In this document: piece by piece, positions 37,693 through 48,000 of the stretch
Layout: every line of letters begins with the position of its first letter
How positions within the stretch are numbered: the first letter of the stretch is position 1
From: a virus
Taxonomy: Duplodnaviria > Caudoviricetes
Length of the DNA stretch: 64,000 nt
IMG/VR virus record: IMGVR_UViG_3300045284_000385
Span: 1,908 to 65,907 of that record
Strand: one strand, 5' to 3'
The notes under the pieces: model-generated
What the model was told of the DNA's origin: nothing
Seen by the model: only the letters and a program-made list of their open reading frames with translations
Databases searched by the model: none
Made by a program: the position numbers and the translations under genes

Positions 37693-38274
37693 ATGCGAAT
37701 CTATCTCATGCCGATAGCGATTATTCCCATACCGATTGCGGCTTCTGCTCGGCAGCCTAAATATGTGGCTGATTTCGGAGTAGCCACTTGGGGAATGATG
37801 GATTATGGAGACGAGCCTATCTGTCTATGCGCCGTAGAGGCTGATGCTGCTCTCCATGCAACCTTGACCGCTCACGCCGACGTGACGGCGCTTCCCGCCG
37901 ACATTACTCAGGCTATTGGGGCCGGGCCGTTGACAGCTGTTACAAATGCCCTCGATGCTCTTAATATTCCTTCGAATTGGATTCTCTCAACTCACACATA
38001 TCGACAGGTGCTGCGAGTTGTCTGTCTGGTATTTCAGTTTCATCAGCGGCTGCAGGGACTTGGATTCGGAAGAATCTTCACTGCCGGAGTTACCTTGAGC
38101 ACTCAGTTCAATCAACTTGCTGTCGGCGTTAGAAATAACATGATTGCAGCAGCACAGAGCTTGAATTTCGATACCAGCGGATTGACAGGGGCTAGCACGC
38201 TCCGGGCTATCCTGAAGTCTTTGGCGGATCAATTCAACATCCCCCAAGTATTTTTTGGGGCAAACGTGCTTTGA
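37693..38274 (+). CDS. Hypothetical protein of the fibre module
   Basis: 193 aa, tightly packed. Confidence 0.65.
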   Translation: MRIYLMPIAIIPIPIAASARQPKYVADFGVATWGMMDYGDEPICLCAVEADAALHATLTAHADVTALPADITQAIGAGPLTAVTNALDALNIPSNWILSTHTYRQVLRVVCLVFQFHQRLQGLGFGRIFTAGVTLSTQFNQLAVGVRNNMIAAAQSLNFDTSGLTGASTLRAILKSLADQFNIPQVFFGANVL

Positions 38275-38286
38275 GAATAGGCTGAC

Positions 38287-40080
38287 ATGGGATTCCAGCA
38301 ACGGCGCACACGGCCTCAACCGGTAACTCCAAACAATGTGCTTCCGGTTGTCTATACGCAGACCTTGACGGGCTCGATATCTTCTTCTGGGACAACGGCC
38401 TTACAGTCTCAACGAATCTATCCAGGCTCGGTTTCTCCTAGTGGAGCACTGGCAAGGAAAATATTCTCTAATTATTTCGGATCCGAGACTACTACGGGAG
38501 CGATTCTCAAGGCAATGACGGGCCGAATATTTTCTGGCACCGTCTCCCCCTCCGGGGCAATGGCAAATCTAGCAGTGAAGGTTCGTGCATTCGCTGGAAC
38601 GGTCACCTCCTCTGGAGCCTTGGCCGAGAAAGTTTTAAGGGGATTTTCCGGGACAGTCACGTCTTCCGGCGCCTTGATTAAGAAAGCTTTCAGAAATTTC
38701 GCTGGAACGGTCACCCCGAGCGCAACGCTTACAGCCTTCAAGTCTTTCTTTACAATAGCTGGGACCGTCACCTCGTCCGGCCTGCTCATCAGGAAGCCCG
38801 TGATTATCAGGAGCGGTACGGTCACATCTTCTGGAATAGCTGGTCGAAGTTTCTCAAAGCTACTTTCCGGGGTCTTCAGTGCTGGAGCAACGACGATTGC
38901 ATGGGATGCAGTTTCCGGGGCTACAGGTTACAAATTTTACATTGGCACGGCGACAGGCCTCTACATCTATGACGGCTCGCCGATTGATGTCGGCAATGTC
39001 TTGCAATACCGAATTACTAATCTGCCGAACAATCCCTACTTCATAGCCATCACTGCCTATAACGGGTCTGGTGAATCAGGTTTCTCATCCGAGATCAGCG
39101 TTACGATTGCAGGCGGGCTCTATTCGGCACTGACTCAATTAAAGGTCAGCGTCAAATCTATCGGCGGGGTCCTGACGCCGGCAGCGGCCATCATCAAGCG
39201 CGTTTCTAAGGGATTTGCAGGCACGAACACATCGAGCGGACTCTCAAGTAATTTTGCTATTGCCAAGCGCAGCTATCAGGGGACGGTCACTTCCTCCGGT
39301 GCCATAATCAGACAGCCGGTCAAGGCTATTTTTGCAGCGGTCAATAGTTCAGGCGCGCTCATCAAGAAGGCGATCCGGAATATCTCCGGGGCTGTTACTC
39401 CTGCTGGAGCACGAATCTCTAAGTCGCTCAAGGGCTTTGCTGGCACGGTCACCTCTTCCGGCGCATTGTCCTCAAGCAAACTTACCAATCTTTTCACGAT
39501 CACACTGAGTGGCGGGATTTCTTCTGTCGGAACATTGGCAAAGATGGCGAAGCGGATCTGGGGCGGAACTATCGCGTCTATCGCTTCGGTTCAGACCATG
39601 GCGAGCAAGACCATGGTGGGGACCGTGACGGCTTCAGGATCGGCTGCCATGCTTTGCAATAAGCTCACAGCCGGACTCGTCAATTTGGCTGGATCCATAG
39701 TCAAAATACCTACGAGAATTTCAAGCGGAGTTCTTCAGCCGATCGGAAACATCGTACTCTCTTCGATCTCGGGCCTAAAGCTGATCGTTCTTGTTGGAGT
39801 TGTAACAGCGTCTGGTGCGATCGTGAAATATGTTTCGGCTATCAAGTCGGGAGCTATCAATTATTCCGGGATTCTTGCTAATCGCATCGGCAAGAGTTTT
39901 GACGGGTCGGTCTCACTTGCAGGTACCGTACAAATTAGGCGGATGGTTAATATTGCGCTGGACGGTGTTGTCACTTTATTCGGAACACTGATAACACTTC
40001 TTTCTCAAGCCCATTTTGAGATTGTGCGCACTCGAGTGATAAGCCTGGTGCGAAGAACAAAAGCGAAATTGATAGGGTAA
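38287..40080 (+). CDS. Repeat-rich virion protein with inserted FN3 domain
   Basis: About 25 degenerate ~19-aa repeats (FxGTVTSSGAL); FN3 TIAWDAVSGATGY...YFIAITAYN..GES..S.E at ~38890-39110. Confidence 0.8.
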   Translation: MGFQQRRTRPQPVTPNNVLPVVYTQTLTGSISSSGTTALQSQRIYPGSVSPSGALARKIFSNYFGSETTTGAILKAMTGRIFSGTVSPSGAMANLAVKVRAFAGTVTSSGALAEKVLRGFSGTVTSSGALIKKAFRNFAGTVTPSATLTAFKSFFTIAGTVTSSGLLIRKPVIIRSGTVTSSGIAGRSFSKLLSGVFSAGATTIAWDAVSGATGYKFYIGTATGLYIYDGSPIDVGNVLQYRITNLPNNPYFIAITAYNGSGESGFSSEISVTIAGGLYSALTQLKVSVKSIGGVLTPAAAIIKRVSKGFAGTNTSSGLSSNFAIAKRSYQGTVTSSGAIIRQPVKAIFAAVNSSGALIKKAIRNISGAVTPAGARISKSLKGFAGTVTSSGALSSSKLTNLFTITLSGGISSVGTLAKMAKRIWGGTIASIASVQTMASKTMVGTVTASGSAAMLCNKLTAGLVNLAGSIVKIPTRISSGVLQPIGNIVLSSISGLKLIVLVGVVTASGAIVKYVSAIKSGAINYSGILANRIGKSFDGSVSLAGTVQIRRMVNIALDGVVTLFGTLITLLSQAHFEIVRTRVISLVRRTKAKLIG

Positions 40081-40088
40081 AAAAAGGG

Positions 40089-40442
40089 ATGCCAAACTTT
40101 ACGCCATTGGTAGAAGTAGTTGAGGGCTGGACGGATCCACTTGAGTTTCAGCTCGTGGCGATAGATCCGGTGAGTAGTGCCGATATCGTTTTGAATCTTG
40201 TGGGAAGAGATTTCACCCTAATTCTGGCTGGCAATGATAAGACTCTCGTAGATGTCTCCGGAAAGCTTCAGGCGGCCGATGCCTTGACCGGCAAGGTGAA
40301 ATTCTTCCCTGACCAAACCGATCTGAAGGCATCTTTGAGCCCTTATCGCGCGCGTTGGAAGATAACGGATTCCGGGAAAGACTATTTTCTCCCAAATGGT
40401 CCTGCAGACTATTGGGATGTGTATCCGGTGACCGAACAATGA
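40089..40442 (+). CDS. BppU-like adaptor domain protein
   Basis: GKVKFFP..TDL....YRARWKIT...FLPN. Confidence 0.6.
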   Translation: MPNFTPLVEVVEGWTDPLEFQLVAIDPVSSADIVLNLVGRDFTLILAGNDKTLVDVSGKLQAADALTGKVKFFPDQTDLKASLSPYRARWKITDSGKDYFLPNGPADYWDVYPVTEQ

Positions 40443-40879
40443 CCTGGAGCTATGATCACGCGCTGACCCAGAGCAAAGATAAGGTCAGATTCCATATAGG
40501 GGATACCGACCCTGGGAGTCGCAATAATTGGCTTGTTCAGGATGAAGAGATTATGTTCGCTTTGAGTCAGGAAGGGACCGTCAGAGATGCCGCGGCTTTG
40601 ATGTGCGAGCACCTTGCCGCTCGTTTTGCGAAGGATGCGGACAAGCAAGTCGGAGACCTACGGATTAGCCTCTCACAGAGGGCGGAGGCTTATGCCAAGA
40701 CGGCGGGGAGATTGAGGAATCGCAATTCTATCTTTGTCACTCCGTCTGCCGGCGGGATCGTGATCGCTGAGAAGCAGGCTCAGGAGCAGGATGACAGCAA
40801 GGTCAAGCCATTCTTCGGGCGGGACATGATGGACAACGAGGGAGCAGTTGATTCCAGCGCGCAGATGACCGAGGATTGA
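40439..40879 (+). CDS. Head-tail connector/adaptor
   Basis: MTWSY...DKVRFHIGDTD...DEEI, VGDLRIS. Confidence 0.8.
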   Translation: MTWSYDHALTQSKDKVRFHIGDTDPGSRNNWLVQDEEIMFALSQEGTVRDAAALMCEHLAARFAKDADKQVGDLRISLSQRAEAYAKTAGRLRNRNSIFVTPSAGGIVIAEKQAQEQDDSKVKPFFGRDMMDNEGAVDSSAQMTED

Positions 40880-40886
40880 TAATGCC

Positions 40887-41213
40887 ATGGCTTTTGAGGA
40901 TGACTTCACAGAGTTTTTTGCTCACGTTGTCAATATCGCTCCTTATGCTTCTCAGGATGGCTATGGAGCAGCGGCCTATGGAACTGGGATTGATTACCCG
41001 GCGAGGATCGTTAACACGGTGAAGATGATTCGAGCGGCTGACGGACAAGAGAGGGTTTCTAATACGAGCATCTGGATCGGCACGGATGCTGCGATTTCTC
41101 CGAAGGACAAATTGACGTTGCCAAGCGCGTTCAGTCCGCAGACTCCACCGATATTGAGGGTCGATCGAGTCACCGACGACGAGGGGATCCACCACACGAA
41201 ACTATATGCCTAA
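40887..41213 (+). CDS. Head closure/stopper protein
   Basis: DGYG, DGQERVS, DKLTLP; position. Confidence 0.7.
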   Translation: MAFEDDFTEFFAHVVNIAPYASQDGYGAAAYGTGIDYPARIVNTVKMIRAADGQERVSNTSIWIGTDAAISPKDKLTLPSAFSPQTPPILRVDRVTDDEGIHHTKLYA

Positions 41214-41607
41214 GTTCATCGAGTTTGGGTTCACGAATTTGAATGAAACCTTGCAGAAGCTCAGCAAGCTTGGAGATCGAGCTAACTTCGAGTTGAGCAA
41301 GGCTCTCTTTCAAGAGGCTGAAAAGGTCATGGCGGTCAGCAAGGAATACGTTCCTGTTGATACTGGGGCTTTGAGGAGCTCCGGCCATGTGCAGCAGCCG
41401 AGCGTCAACGGGAATGTTGCAGAGGTAACCATGAGCTATGGCGGGCCATCTGTTGATTATGCCGTGATAGTTCATGAGGATCTGAACGCGCATCATCCGC
41501 ATGGCGTCAGTAAATATTTGGAAACTCCGTTGAATGCAGCTCTGCCACAGCTCGACGAGAACCTCTCGAAGGCCTTGCAGACGGCGATTGATACAACGAT
41601 GGGATGA
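41206..41607 (+). CDS. HK97 gp10-like neck/tail protein
   Basis: VPVDTGALRSS, YAVIVHE, KYLETP. Confidence 0.88.
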   Translation: MPKFIEFGFTNLNETLQKLSKLGDRANFELSKALFQEAEKVMAVSKEYVPVDTGALRSSGHVQQPSVNGNVAEVTMSYGGPSVDYAVIVHEDLNAHHPHGVSKYLETPLNAALPQLDENLSKALQTAIDTTMG

Positions 41608-41610
41608 GGA

Positions 41611-42015
41611 ATGCTTTTAGATGAACTTGCACTGTATTTGCAAACTCAGGGACTCGGGACGGTCGGGACAACGATCTTTAAGGGGACCCTCCCGGACCAA
41701 CCCGACGCCTGCACCGCCGTCTTCGAGTACGCTGGGCTGCCGAGTGAAAAGACCTTCAGTCCTACACCGGGCGCAGCAGTCGAGGAAAAGCCAAGAGTGC
41801 AGATCGTTTGTCGTGGCATCAAGCAGGACTATCAGACTCCGAGAACTCAGGCCGATGCGATCTGGAAAGCCCTCGATGGGCTTGGGAACGTGACGATGAG
41901 TGGGACCGGTTATCTTTGGATTGAGGCTTTGCAATCTCCGTTTCTGATGCGCAGAGACGAGAACGAAAGGGTGTACATCGCGGTCAATTATCAGGTCATG
42001 AAGAGGCTAAGCTGA
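41611..42015 (+). CDS. Tail terminator (minor capsid family)
   Basis: IFKGTLPDQPD, PRVQIVCRG, LQSPF..RDENER. Confidence 0.8.
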   Translation: MLLDELALYLQTQGLGTVGTTIFKGTLPDQPDACTAVFEYAGLPSEKTFSPTPGAAVEEKPRVQIVCRGIKQDYQTPRTQADAIWKALDGLGNVTMSGTGYLWIEALQSPFLMRRDENERVYIAVNYQVMKRLS

Positions 42016-42281
42016 TGGAACGAACAACCGAAGGCGTACTAGGTAAGCCAGTCTGCAATTGGTGCGGAACCATCCATCAGGGGACCTGCCCGCGGATCAA
42101 AGCGATGGACTTTCATCTTAATGGTAGCTTGAGCCGGATCGAGTTTCATGAGCCGAAGCAGGAAGCTCAGAAAGATCAAGGCTGCCAGCATTCGAATCGA
42201 GCAGACGTGAGCGTGATGGGTAGCCCGCGCTGGATGTGTAAGGATTGCGGATTCGTAAAAGAGGAAATAACGAGGCACTAA
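42015..42281 (+). CDS. Small Cys/His-rich protein
   Basis: CNWCG..H.G.CPRIKA, CQH...CKDCG. Confidence 0.6.
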   Translation: MERTTEGVLGKPVCNWCGTIHQGTCPRIKAMDFHLNGSLSRIEFHEPKQEAQKDQGCQHSNRADVSVMGSPRWMCKDCGFVKEEITRH

Positions 42282-42309
42282 TTTCTAGGTTCCAAAGGAG
42301 ATTCAGACC

Positions 42310-43035
42310 ATGGGCTTTCCAATTCATTACCGTGATGCCAAAGTTTTCTTGGCTCAATTCAACCTTTCGGGCGATCTGAACAGTATTTCACTCACTCAGA
42401 GTGTCGACATAAACGATGGCACACAATTTGGAGCAAGTTCAAAAGTGCGCCTGCCGGGAATGTATACCGCGCAGTGGGATCTGAAAGGCTTCTCGCAGTT
42501 CGGGACCGGGCTCAATGATGAATTAATCCAGGCGCGCGTTGGTCAAATAGATCTGCCCATGACGATCATCCCTGAAGGCCTGGTCTATGCCAATCCAGCT
42601 CTTTTTTTCAAGGCTGCCCTTGGCATGTACAAATGGGGAGCTCCTCAAGGCGGGTTGATTGGGTTCGAAGCGTCTGGGCAAACCAGCGGCTGGCAGATCA
42701 TCAATGGCAAGGTCGAGGAATTGGGGGCCGTCGCTAGGACAGCGACCGGGAATAGTGCCGGTACAACCGCTGTTGGCGCCGTCTCTGCGACTCAGTATCT
42801 CTATGGAATTGTCCATGTTTTGTCGGCTACGGGGACGCTGGACTTGGTTATTGAAAGCTATACCACTGGCGCCTTTACGAGCCCAACAACGCGGCTCACG
42901 TTCCCACAGATTACAGCGGTAGGCTCGAACATCCTTCGCGCTGCCGGACCCATCACGGATACATTTTTCCGCTTCAAATGGACGTTGGCCGCCTCGCCGT
43001 CTTTCACGTTCCTTGCGGCGTTGGGAATTTTCTAA
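42310..43035 (+). CDS. Tail tube-like protein with extra C-terminal domain
   Basis: NLSGDLNSISL...DGTQFG...RLPGM tube-like N-half. Confidence 0.7.
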   Translation: MGFPIHYRDAKVFLAQFNLSGDLNSISLTQSVDINDGTQFGASSKVRLPGMYTAQWDLKGFSQFGTGLNDELIQARVGQIDLPMTIIPEGLVYANPALFFKAALGMYKWGAPQGGLIGFEASGQTSGWQIINGKVEELGAVARTATGNSAGTTAVGAVSATQYLYGIVHVLSATGTLDLVIESYTTGAFTSPTTRLTFPQITAVGSNILRAAGPITDTFFRFKWTLAASPSFTFLAALGIF

Positions 43036-43039
43036 AAAA

Positions 43040-43354
43040 ATGAGCCTGACCTTAGATCGGAATGACCCAAAGTTAAAGCAAATCAGACCGGATGGTCAGC
43101 AGGAGGCTTACCTTGTGCTGTCCGATGAGGAAAGGGCTAAGGGGTTCGTGAGACCGCTGCGCAATTCTTACAAGCATTTAGCGTGCGGTACGGTTACCAC
43201 CATGGGGCAGGCTCTTTCGGAAACATACGCCAGAGATCCGGAGTTCTATGGAGGCACGTTTTGCTGCGCTTGCGGAACTCATTTCAGGCTGATTGATGAG
43301 AATGGGAATCCAGCCTTTATCTGGACAGAAGACGGACAAGCGGTAGGAAGCTAA
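43040..43354 (+). CDS. Conserved phage zinc-binding hypothetical protein
   Basis: YLVLSDEERAKGFVRPLR..Y.H..CG..T.M...ETYARDP.FYG.TFC..C. Confidence 0.75.
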   Translation: MSLTLDRNDPKLKQIRPDGQQEAYLVLSDEERAKGFVRPLRNSYKHLACGTVTTMGQALSETYARDPEFYGGTFCCACGTHFRLIDENGNPAFIWTEDGQAVGS

Positions 43355-43379
43355 AAAGTATAAAAGGGAGTTAATCACA

Positions 43380-43793
43380 ATGACAACGCCTATTACATTC
43401 GTTAACGGAATGGTCGTCATAAATGGCGTAGATCTTTCCGATCACGCCACGCAAGGCACCTTCACCGAGAACGCCGATATGCTGGATTCGAGCAAGTTCG
43501 GAGATCGCGCGCACGCGAAGACGCCAGGCCTGCTCGATTCACAATTGCAAATCGACTTCCTGCAAGACTTCGCGGCCAGCAAGGTGCATCAAACTCTGTT
43601 CCCGCTTGTCGGAGCTGCTCCATTCACCGTGGCTTTTAGACCGGTCAATGCGGCCAAGTCCGTGACAAATCCTGAATACACTTTCCAGGCGATCCTCCAA
43701 AATTTTGACCCATCATCGGGCCAGGTCGGGACTTTGCTGAAAACTTCCGTAACGTTCCTCAGTGCGGGGGATGTAACGAGAGCAATTGCGTAG
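43380..43793 (+). CDS. Major tail tube protein
   Basis: INGVDLSDH, DSSKFG, PGL, FLQDFAA, SVTNPEY, GQVG. Confidence 0.8.
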   Translation: MTTPITFVNGMVVINGVDLSDHATQGTFTENADMLDSSKFGDRAHAKTPGLLDSQLQIDFLQDFAASKVHQTLFPLVGAAPFTVAFRPVNAAKSVTNPEYTFQAILQNFDPSSGQVGTLLKTSVTFLSAGDVTRAIA

Positions 43794-43814
43794 AAAATAA
43801 ACGAGAGGTCTTTT

Positions 43815-44621
43815 ATGTCTGAACCCCAATCAGCCGTCGCCCTCATCAAAGACGTTCCCCACTATGAATTGACGGCGCAGGAACTTGTCTTCCCTCTGAA
43901 GGTCGAGCAGGATGGCGGAGAATTCGTCGTATTGTTCCACGTGGCACCTTATCTGGGATCCGAGCTGAAAGATTTGCTCAATGCTCTGGGCAGAAGGTTC
44001 GTCACGACCGGGCGAGCCACGGTCCGAATGGAACCCGGAAGCCGGGAAGCCACAAAGCCGTTTTTCGACCGCTACTTTCTGAAGATGGGAGGGATTGCTG
44101 GAAACAATGGAGACGGTCCCCCCAGTCTTGAAATGCAGAAGGCTTTTCTTGCCGACAATGATTATCTCAAATCGCGTGCAGTCCTCGAGGGGTATGGGGG
44201 AATAATTATCGAGGACGCGGAAGAGTCAGAAGCAAAACCAAAAGTCTTTCGTCTCGACATGGCGAAGAACCGAATTGTCAAGACTGGCTTCACGCTCTAT
44301 TCAGTGGAACGCAATGCCTCCTACAAGATCGGAATCGATCATACCCTGAAAAAAGAAAGCGCTGCAGACCTGGCCAAGTATGAGAAGGCAACCTCGCTGG
44401 GCGAGATGAATATTCGAAAGCAGGAATGGCGCTCCTTGGAAGATTACGAGGCTATCGAAAAGCTCTATGACTCCTTGATTCTCAGTGTATCCGGCGCCGT
44501 GGTCAATGGGACCATCTGCACTGAGGAGAATCAGAAAGAGTGGGTCCGGCTAATTCCTTTCTGGTTCAAGAGCGCCACGATTGATGAAGCATTTAGGCGG
44601 GTTCGAATAAAAAACGTCTGA
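43815..44621 (+). CDS. Tail assembly chaperone (G-like)
   Basis: Between tail tube and tape measure; ends in a slippery site. Confidence 0.75.
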   Translation: MSEPQSAVALIKDVPHYELTAQELVFPLKVEQDGGEFVVLFHVAPYLGSELKDLLNALGRRFVTTGRATVRMEPGSREATKPFFDRYFLKMGGIAGNNGDGPPSLEMQKAFLADNDYLKSRAVLEGYGGIIIEDAEESEAKPKVFRLDMAKNRIVKTGFTLYSVERNASYKIGIDHTLKKESAADLAKYEKATSLGEMNIRKQEWRSLEDYEAIEKLYDSLILSVSGAVVNGTICTEENQKEWVRLIPFWFKSATIDEAFRRVRIKNV

Positions 44622-44650
44622 TCGCGGAAGGCCTGCCGTTGGCCTTTCGC
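44609..44650 (+). promoter_or_regulatory. Programmed -1 frameshift signal
   Basis: A AAA AAC at 44609-44615, 10-bp hairpin 44624-44650, -1 frame open to 45082. Confidence 0.88.
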
Positions 44651-45082
44651 GCGTACTTCGAGGGAATCGGAGCTAAATGCGACAGGGAGCCAGACTTCGA
44701 AGAGCTCTTCACCATTCTCGGAGATCGAAAGCAGCAAGAGGCCATCAGGCTGGAACACCCGGGCAGGCATTGCGAGATTCTGAAAAAATATCCGGTTGCT
44801 TGCCGAGAGTGCCCATTCAGTCCGTACAACGGCCCACAGAAGGAACTGATCGAGGCTTCCGAGGTGTACGGTGGCCTGATTGAGCAGTCGATCTTGCTGC
44901 ATGATTGTCAGGAGTTAGGGGTTGGACAGAGTCAGGAAGAGATGATGCCGGAAGAATTCATGATGCTCAGGATCGCTCATCGGGAATTGGACCAGGCGAA
45001 GCTGAATGTCCAGGCCAAGCACATGGCTGCAAACATGGCTGAGATCATCGGGAAGATGTTTAGCGGTAGCGGTCAATCGTAA
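44615..45082 (+). CDS. Tail chaperone frameshift extension (GT-like)
   Basis: -1 frame relative to the 43815 ORF, weak own start, TAATG-coupled to tape measure. Confidence 0.8.
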   Translation, partial: RLIAEGLPLAFRAYFEGIGAKCDREPDFEELFTILGDRKQQEAIRLEHPGRHCEILKKYPVACRECPFSPYNGPQKELIEASEVYGGLIEQSILLHDCQELGVGQSQEEMMPEEFMMLRIAHRELDQAKLNVQAKHMAANMAEIIGKMFSGSGQS

Positions 45083-48000
45083 TGGATACCATTCTAAATT
45101 TCAGCATTAAGGCTGATACACAGCAGGGTCAGGCAGCTCTCGCTAAATTTACTGATGCCCTGAAAACTACGGGGGCAGCGGCGGAGAGTTCTGCTCAGCA
45201 GGGTCATGCGGCCTACGAGAAGTTTACGGGAGGGGTCTCCCAATTGGGCGATGTCGTGGTTGAGAACAGCAAAAAAATCGCTGCTGGAATGGCTATTGCC
45301 GGAACTGCCATTGAGGCTTTTATGGGGCTTGCTGTTAAAGCATTCTCGCAGGCTGAGGAAGCATCGCTCCTATTTGAAAACGCTTTAAAAGCCACGGGCG
45401 GCGTGGCTGGAGTTACCACGGGTCAGATAAATGCCCTCGCTGCCGAGTTGCAGAGAACAACAAAATTTCAAGACGACGCGGTAGTTTCGGCTGGGGCGTT
45501 GCTGCTGAGGTTCAAGAATATAGGGAGTGATATTTTCCCGCAGGTTATCAAGACGGCGGCGAACCTGGCTGTAGTTATGGGAACGGATTTGCAAGAGGCC
45601 ACGTTCAAATTGGGTAGGGCCCTAGATATGCCGGCAGAAGGGTTTACTCTTTTACAGCGGGCTGGCATTCGATTCACAGATGCTGAGAAGGACCTCATCA
45701 AGAACATGGCTGAGGCCGGGGATGTGGCCGGAGCTCAGGGAGTAATTCTGCAACGACTGGCCGTAATGAATGATGCAGCAACCGATCAGGCCAAAGGATT
45801 CGCGGGACAATTGTCTCAGCTTGCGAATGAATTCAATAACGTTCAAGAGGTTATTGGAGGAGTGATCGCCGGAGCTCTGGCCCCGCTGGTGTTAAAGCTC
45901 AAGGAGGCTATGATTACGGCTCAAGACTGGGCCAAGGAAAATCCTAATCTCACATCCGGCGTAGTGCTGATGACCGGAGCAGTCGGAGGCCTTCTCTTAG
46001 GCTTGGCCCCGATCGTGGCGATCCTGCCGAATTTGGTAAATGGTTTTACGGTGCTCGGTGCTGCATTCGGTTTGACGGCCGGCGGCGGGTTGGCCGTGTT
46101 AATAGCCGGCGTGGCCGCTGCCTTTGCCCTGCTCTGGGTGAAGATGGATGACATCAAGACTCAATTTGCCGTGACTACTGAGGGCATTAAGAACTTGATT
46201 TCCGCGCTCAAGAATTCTAGCGATGCGATTCCTAGTTGGGCAAAAGGGTTTCTCGATGCGTTTGCAGCTCTCAAGCCCTATCTGGATGCCCTGAGATTGC
46301 TGGGCGCGTTTGTGAAGAGCAGCAATGATGAAATCAATGATGCCGTGTTCATCGGGACGAAGATGCAGAGCGTCATGAAAGAATCGGCGGCGATCACAGA
46401 TAAATGGAGCCGTAGCCTAGCAGATGAAGCTATGGCGGTTGGGAAAGTAACAGCGGCTCATGTCAAGACCACTGCGGAACTTAAGGCCGAAGATGCTGCT
46501 GCGAAACTATTCGCAAAAACTCAGGAAGAGATGAACAAGTTGCTCATCGATTCCTTCAATCTTCAGGAGAAAGTCGGTGTCTCGGCGTTCGACACCGCTG
46601 AGGACTATAAGGACTTCGCCAAGGCCAGCGAAGATCTGGCGATGAAGCAAATCAATTTGGGCGAAGAGACCAAGCGCACGGCTGATGCGCAGACGTTTAT
46701 AGCAGCGATTCTGTCGGGAGACGTGAAACGTGGAGTGGAAGTTGTTTCAGACAAAATAGCCGGTCCGGCAGGACTCACTGACGCATGGAAAACTCTTGGC
46801 ACGATCAGTGTTGATGAAGCGCGCAGGATGAAGGATGGGGCGGATTTAGCATTCAAGGCGGTCGCGCTCGATGCGGCGTCTACCGCACAGGATATAGTAA
46901 ATGCCTTCGAGGTCAGAAATCAGAAGATCGCCGCAATCGACGCCCAATTAGGAGTGCAGGCAAAGGCGGCCTCGAAGGAAGTCAGCAATGCCTGGCTCAC
47001 GCAGGTCTCGACCATCTTCACAGATATGAGCCGTGGGATGGCAAAGAGCATCGTCGAATGGAAGGGGTTTGGGCAGACGCTGATCGATGTGGCGAAGACG
47101 TTCGCGGAGGGGATGCTACGAATCCTTTTCGAGAATCTGTTCAAGCCATTTCAGAATGCTCTGTCAGGGCTGTTTGGCGGCGCCTCGACGGCGGGGGGCT
47201 CAGCAACCGGTGGAGGCGGTCTTTTCGCCGGTCTGCTGGGATCCGGTGGTGGCCTTGGGTCTTTGATTGGATTGAATGCGGTCGGGAAATTTAATACGGG
47301 TTCGTTTTCGTCGGCAAGTGGAGCTCTGGGAGCTGGCGGAGGCGCACTGGGCGGCGGCCTTGGCGGTGCGTTGTTTGGATTGTCAGGCACTGGCACAGGG
47401 ATTTCATCAGGCATTGGGGCGGGCGGCGGTTTGTTGGCTGGACTTCTAGGGGCAGGTTCCTTTGCTGGGCCTATTGGACTGGCAGTCGGATTGGCCGCGG
47501 CGGGCATTACGGCTTTGATTACGAAAGTATTCGGGGAAAAGGGACGTGAAAAGACGGCTGCGAGTCAACAGGCGAATGCATTCGCAGATACAACTTGGAA
47601 TCAAATCATCCCGGGGGTCACAGGCGGCACAATGACCAGCGCTGAGGGGATGAAGGAACTGATCGCAGCCCACGAGGCCTACAACGCATGGCTGAAGACC
47701 AATACTAACAATCAAGATGTATTTAATCGGTCTGTGGCAAATGGGAATGTCACGTTCGAATCGGCAGCGGCGCAACTCAAGGATCTTGGAGAGAAGGCGG
47801 CAGTGGCAGCGGACGCCCAACACTTCGGCGCCCTGGCGGATGACTTCATAAAGACCGGGAAAATGTCTGATGAGTTTGCTAGCGCCATCACGAAGGCGGG
47901 GGGGAGCTTCCAGATGTTCACGGAAGCTGCCGGAAAGATCCAAGGGCTTCAAGGGGTCCGTACTGAATTCCAATCCCTTAACGACGAGATCAAGAAGCTT

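Noticed and set aside
38340-40000. Nucleotide repeats such as GGAACGGTCACCTCCTCTGG as a DNA repeat array
   Set aside because: Variation is mostly at third codon positions; explained by protein repeats
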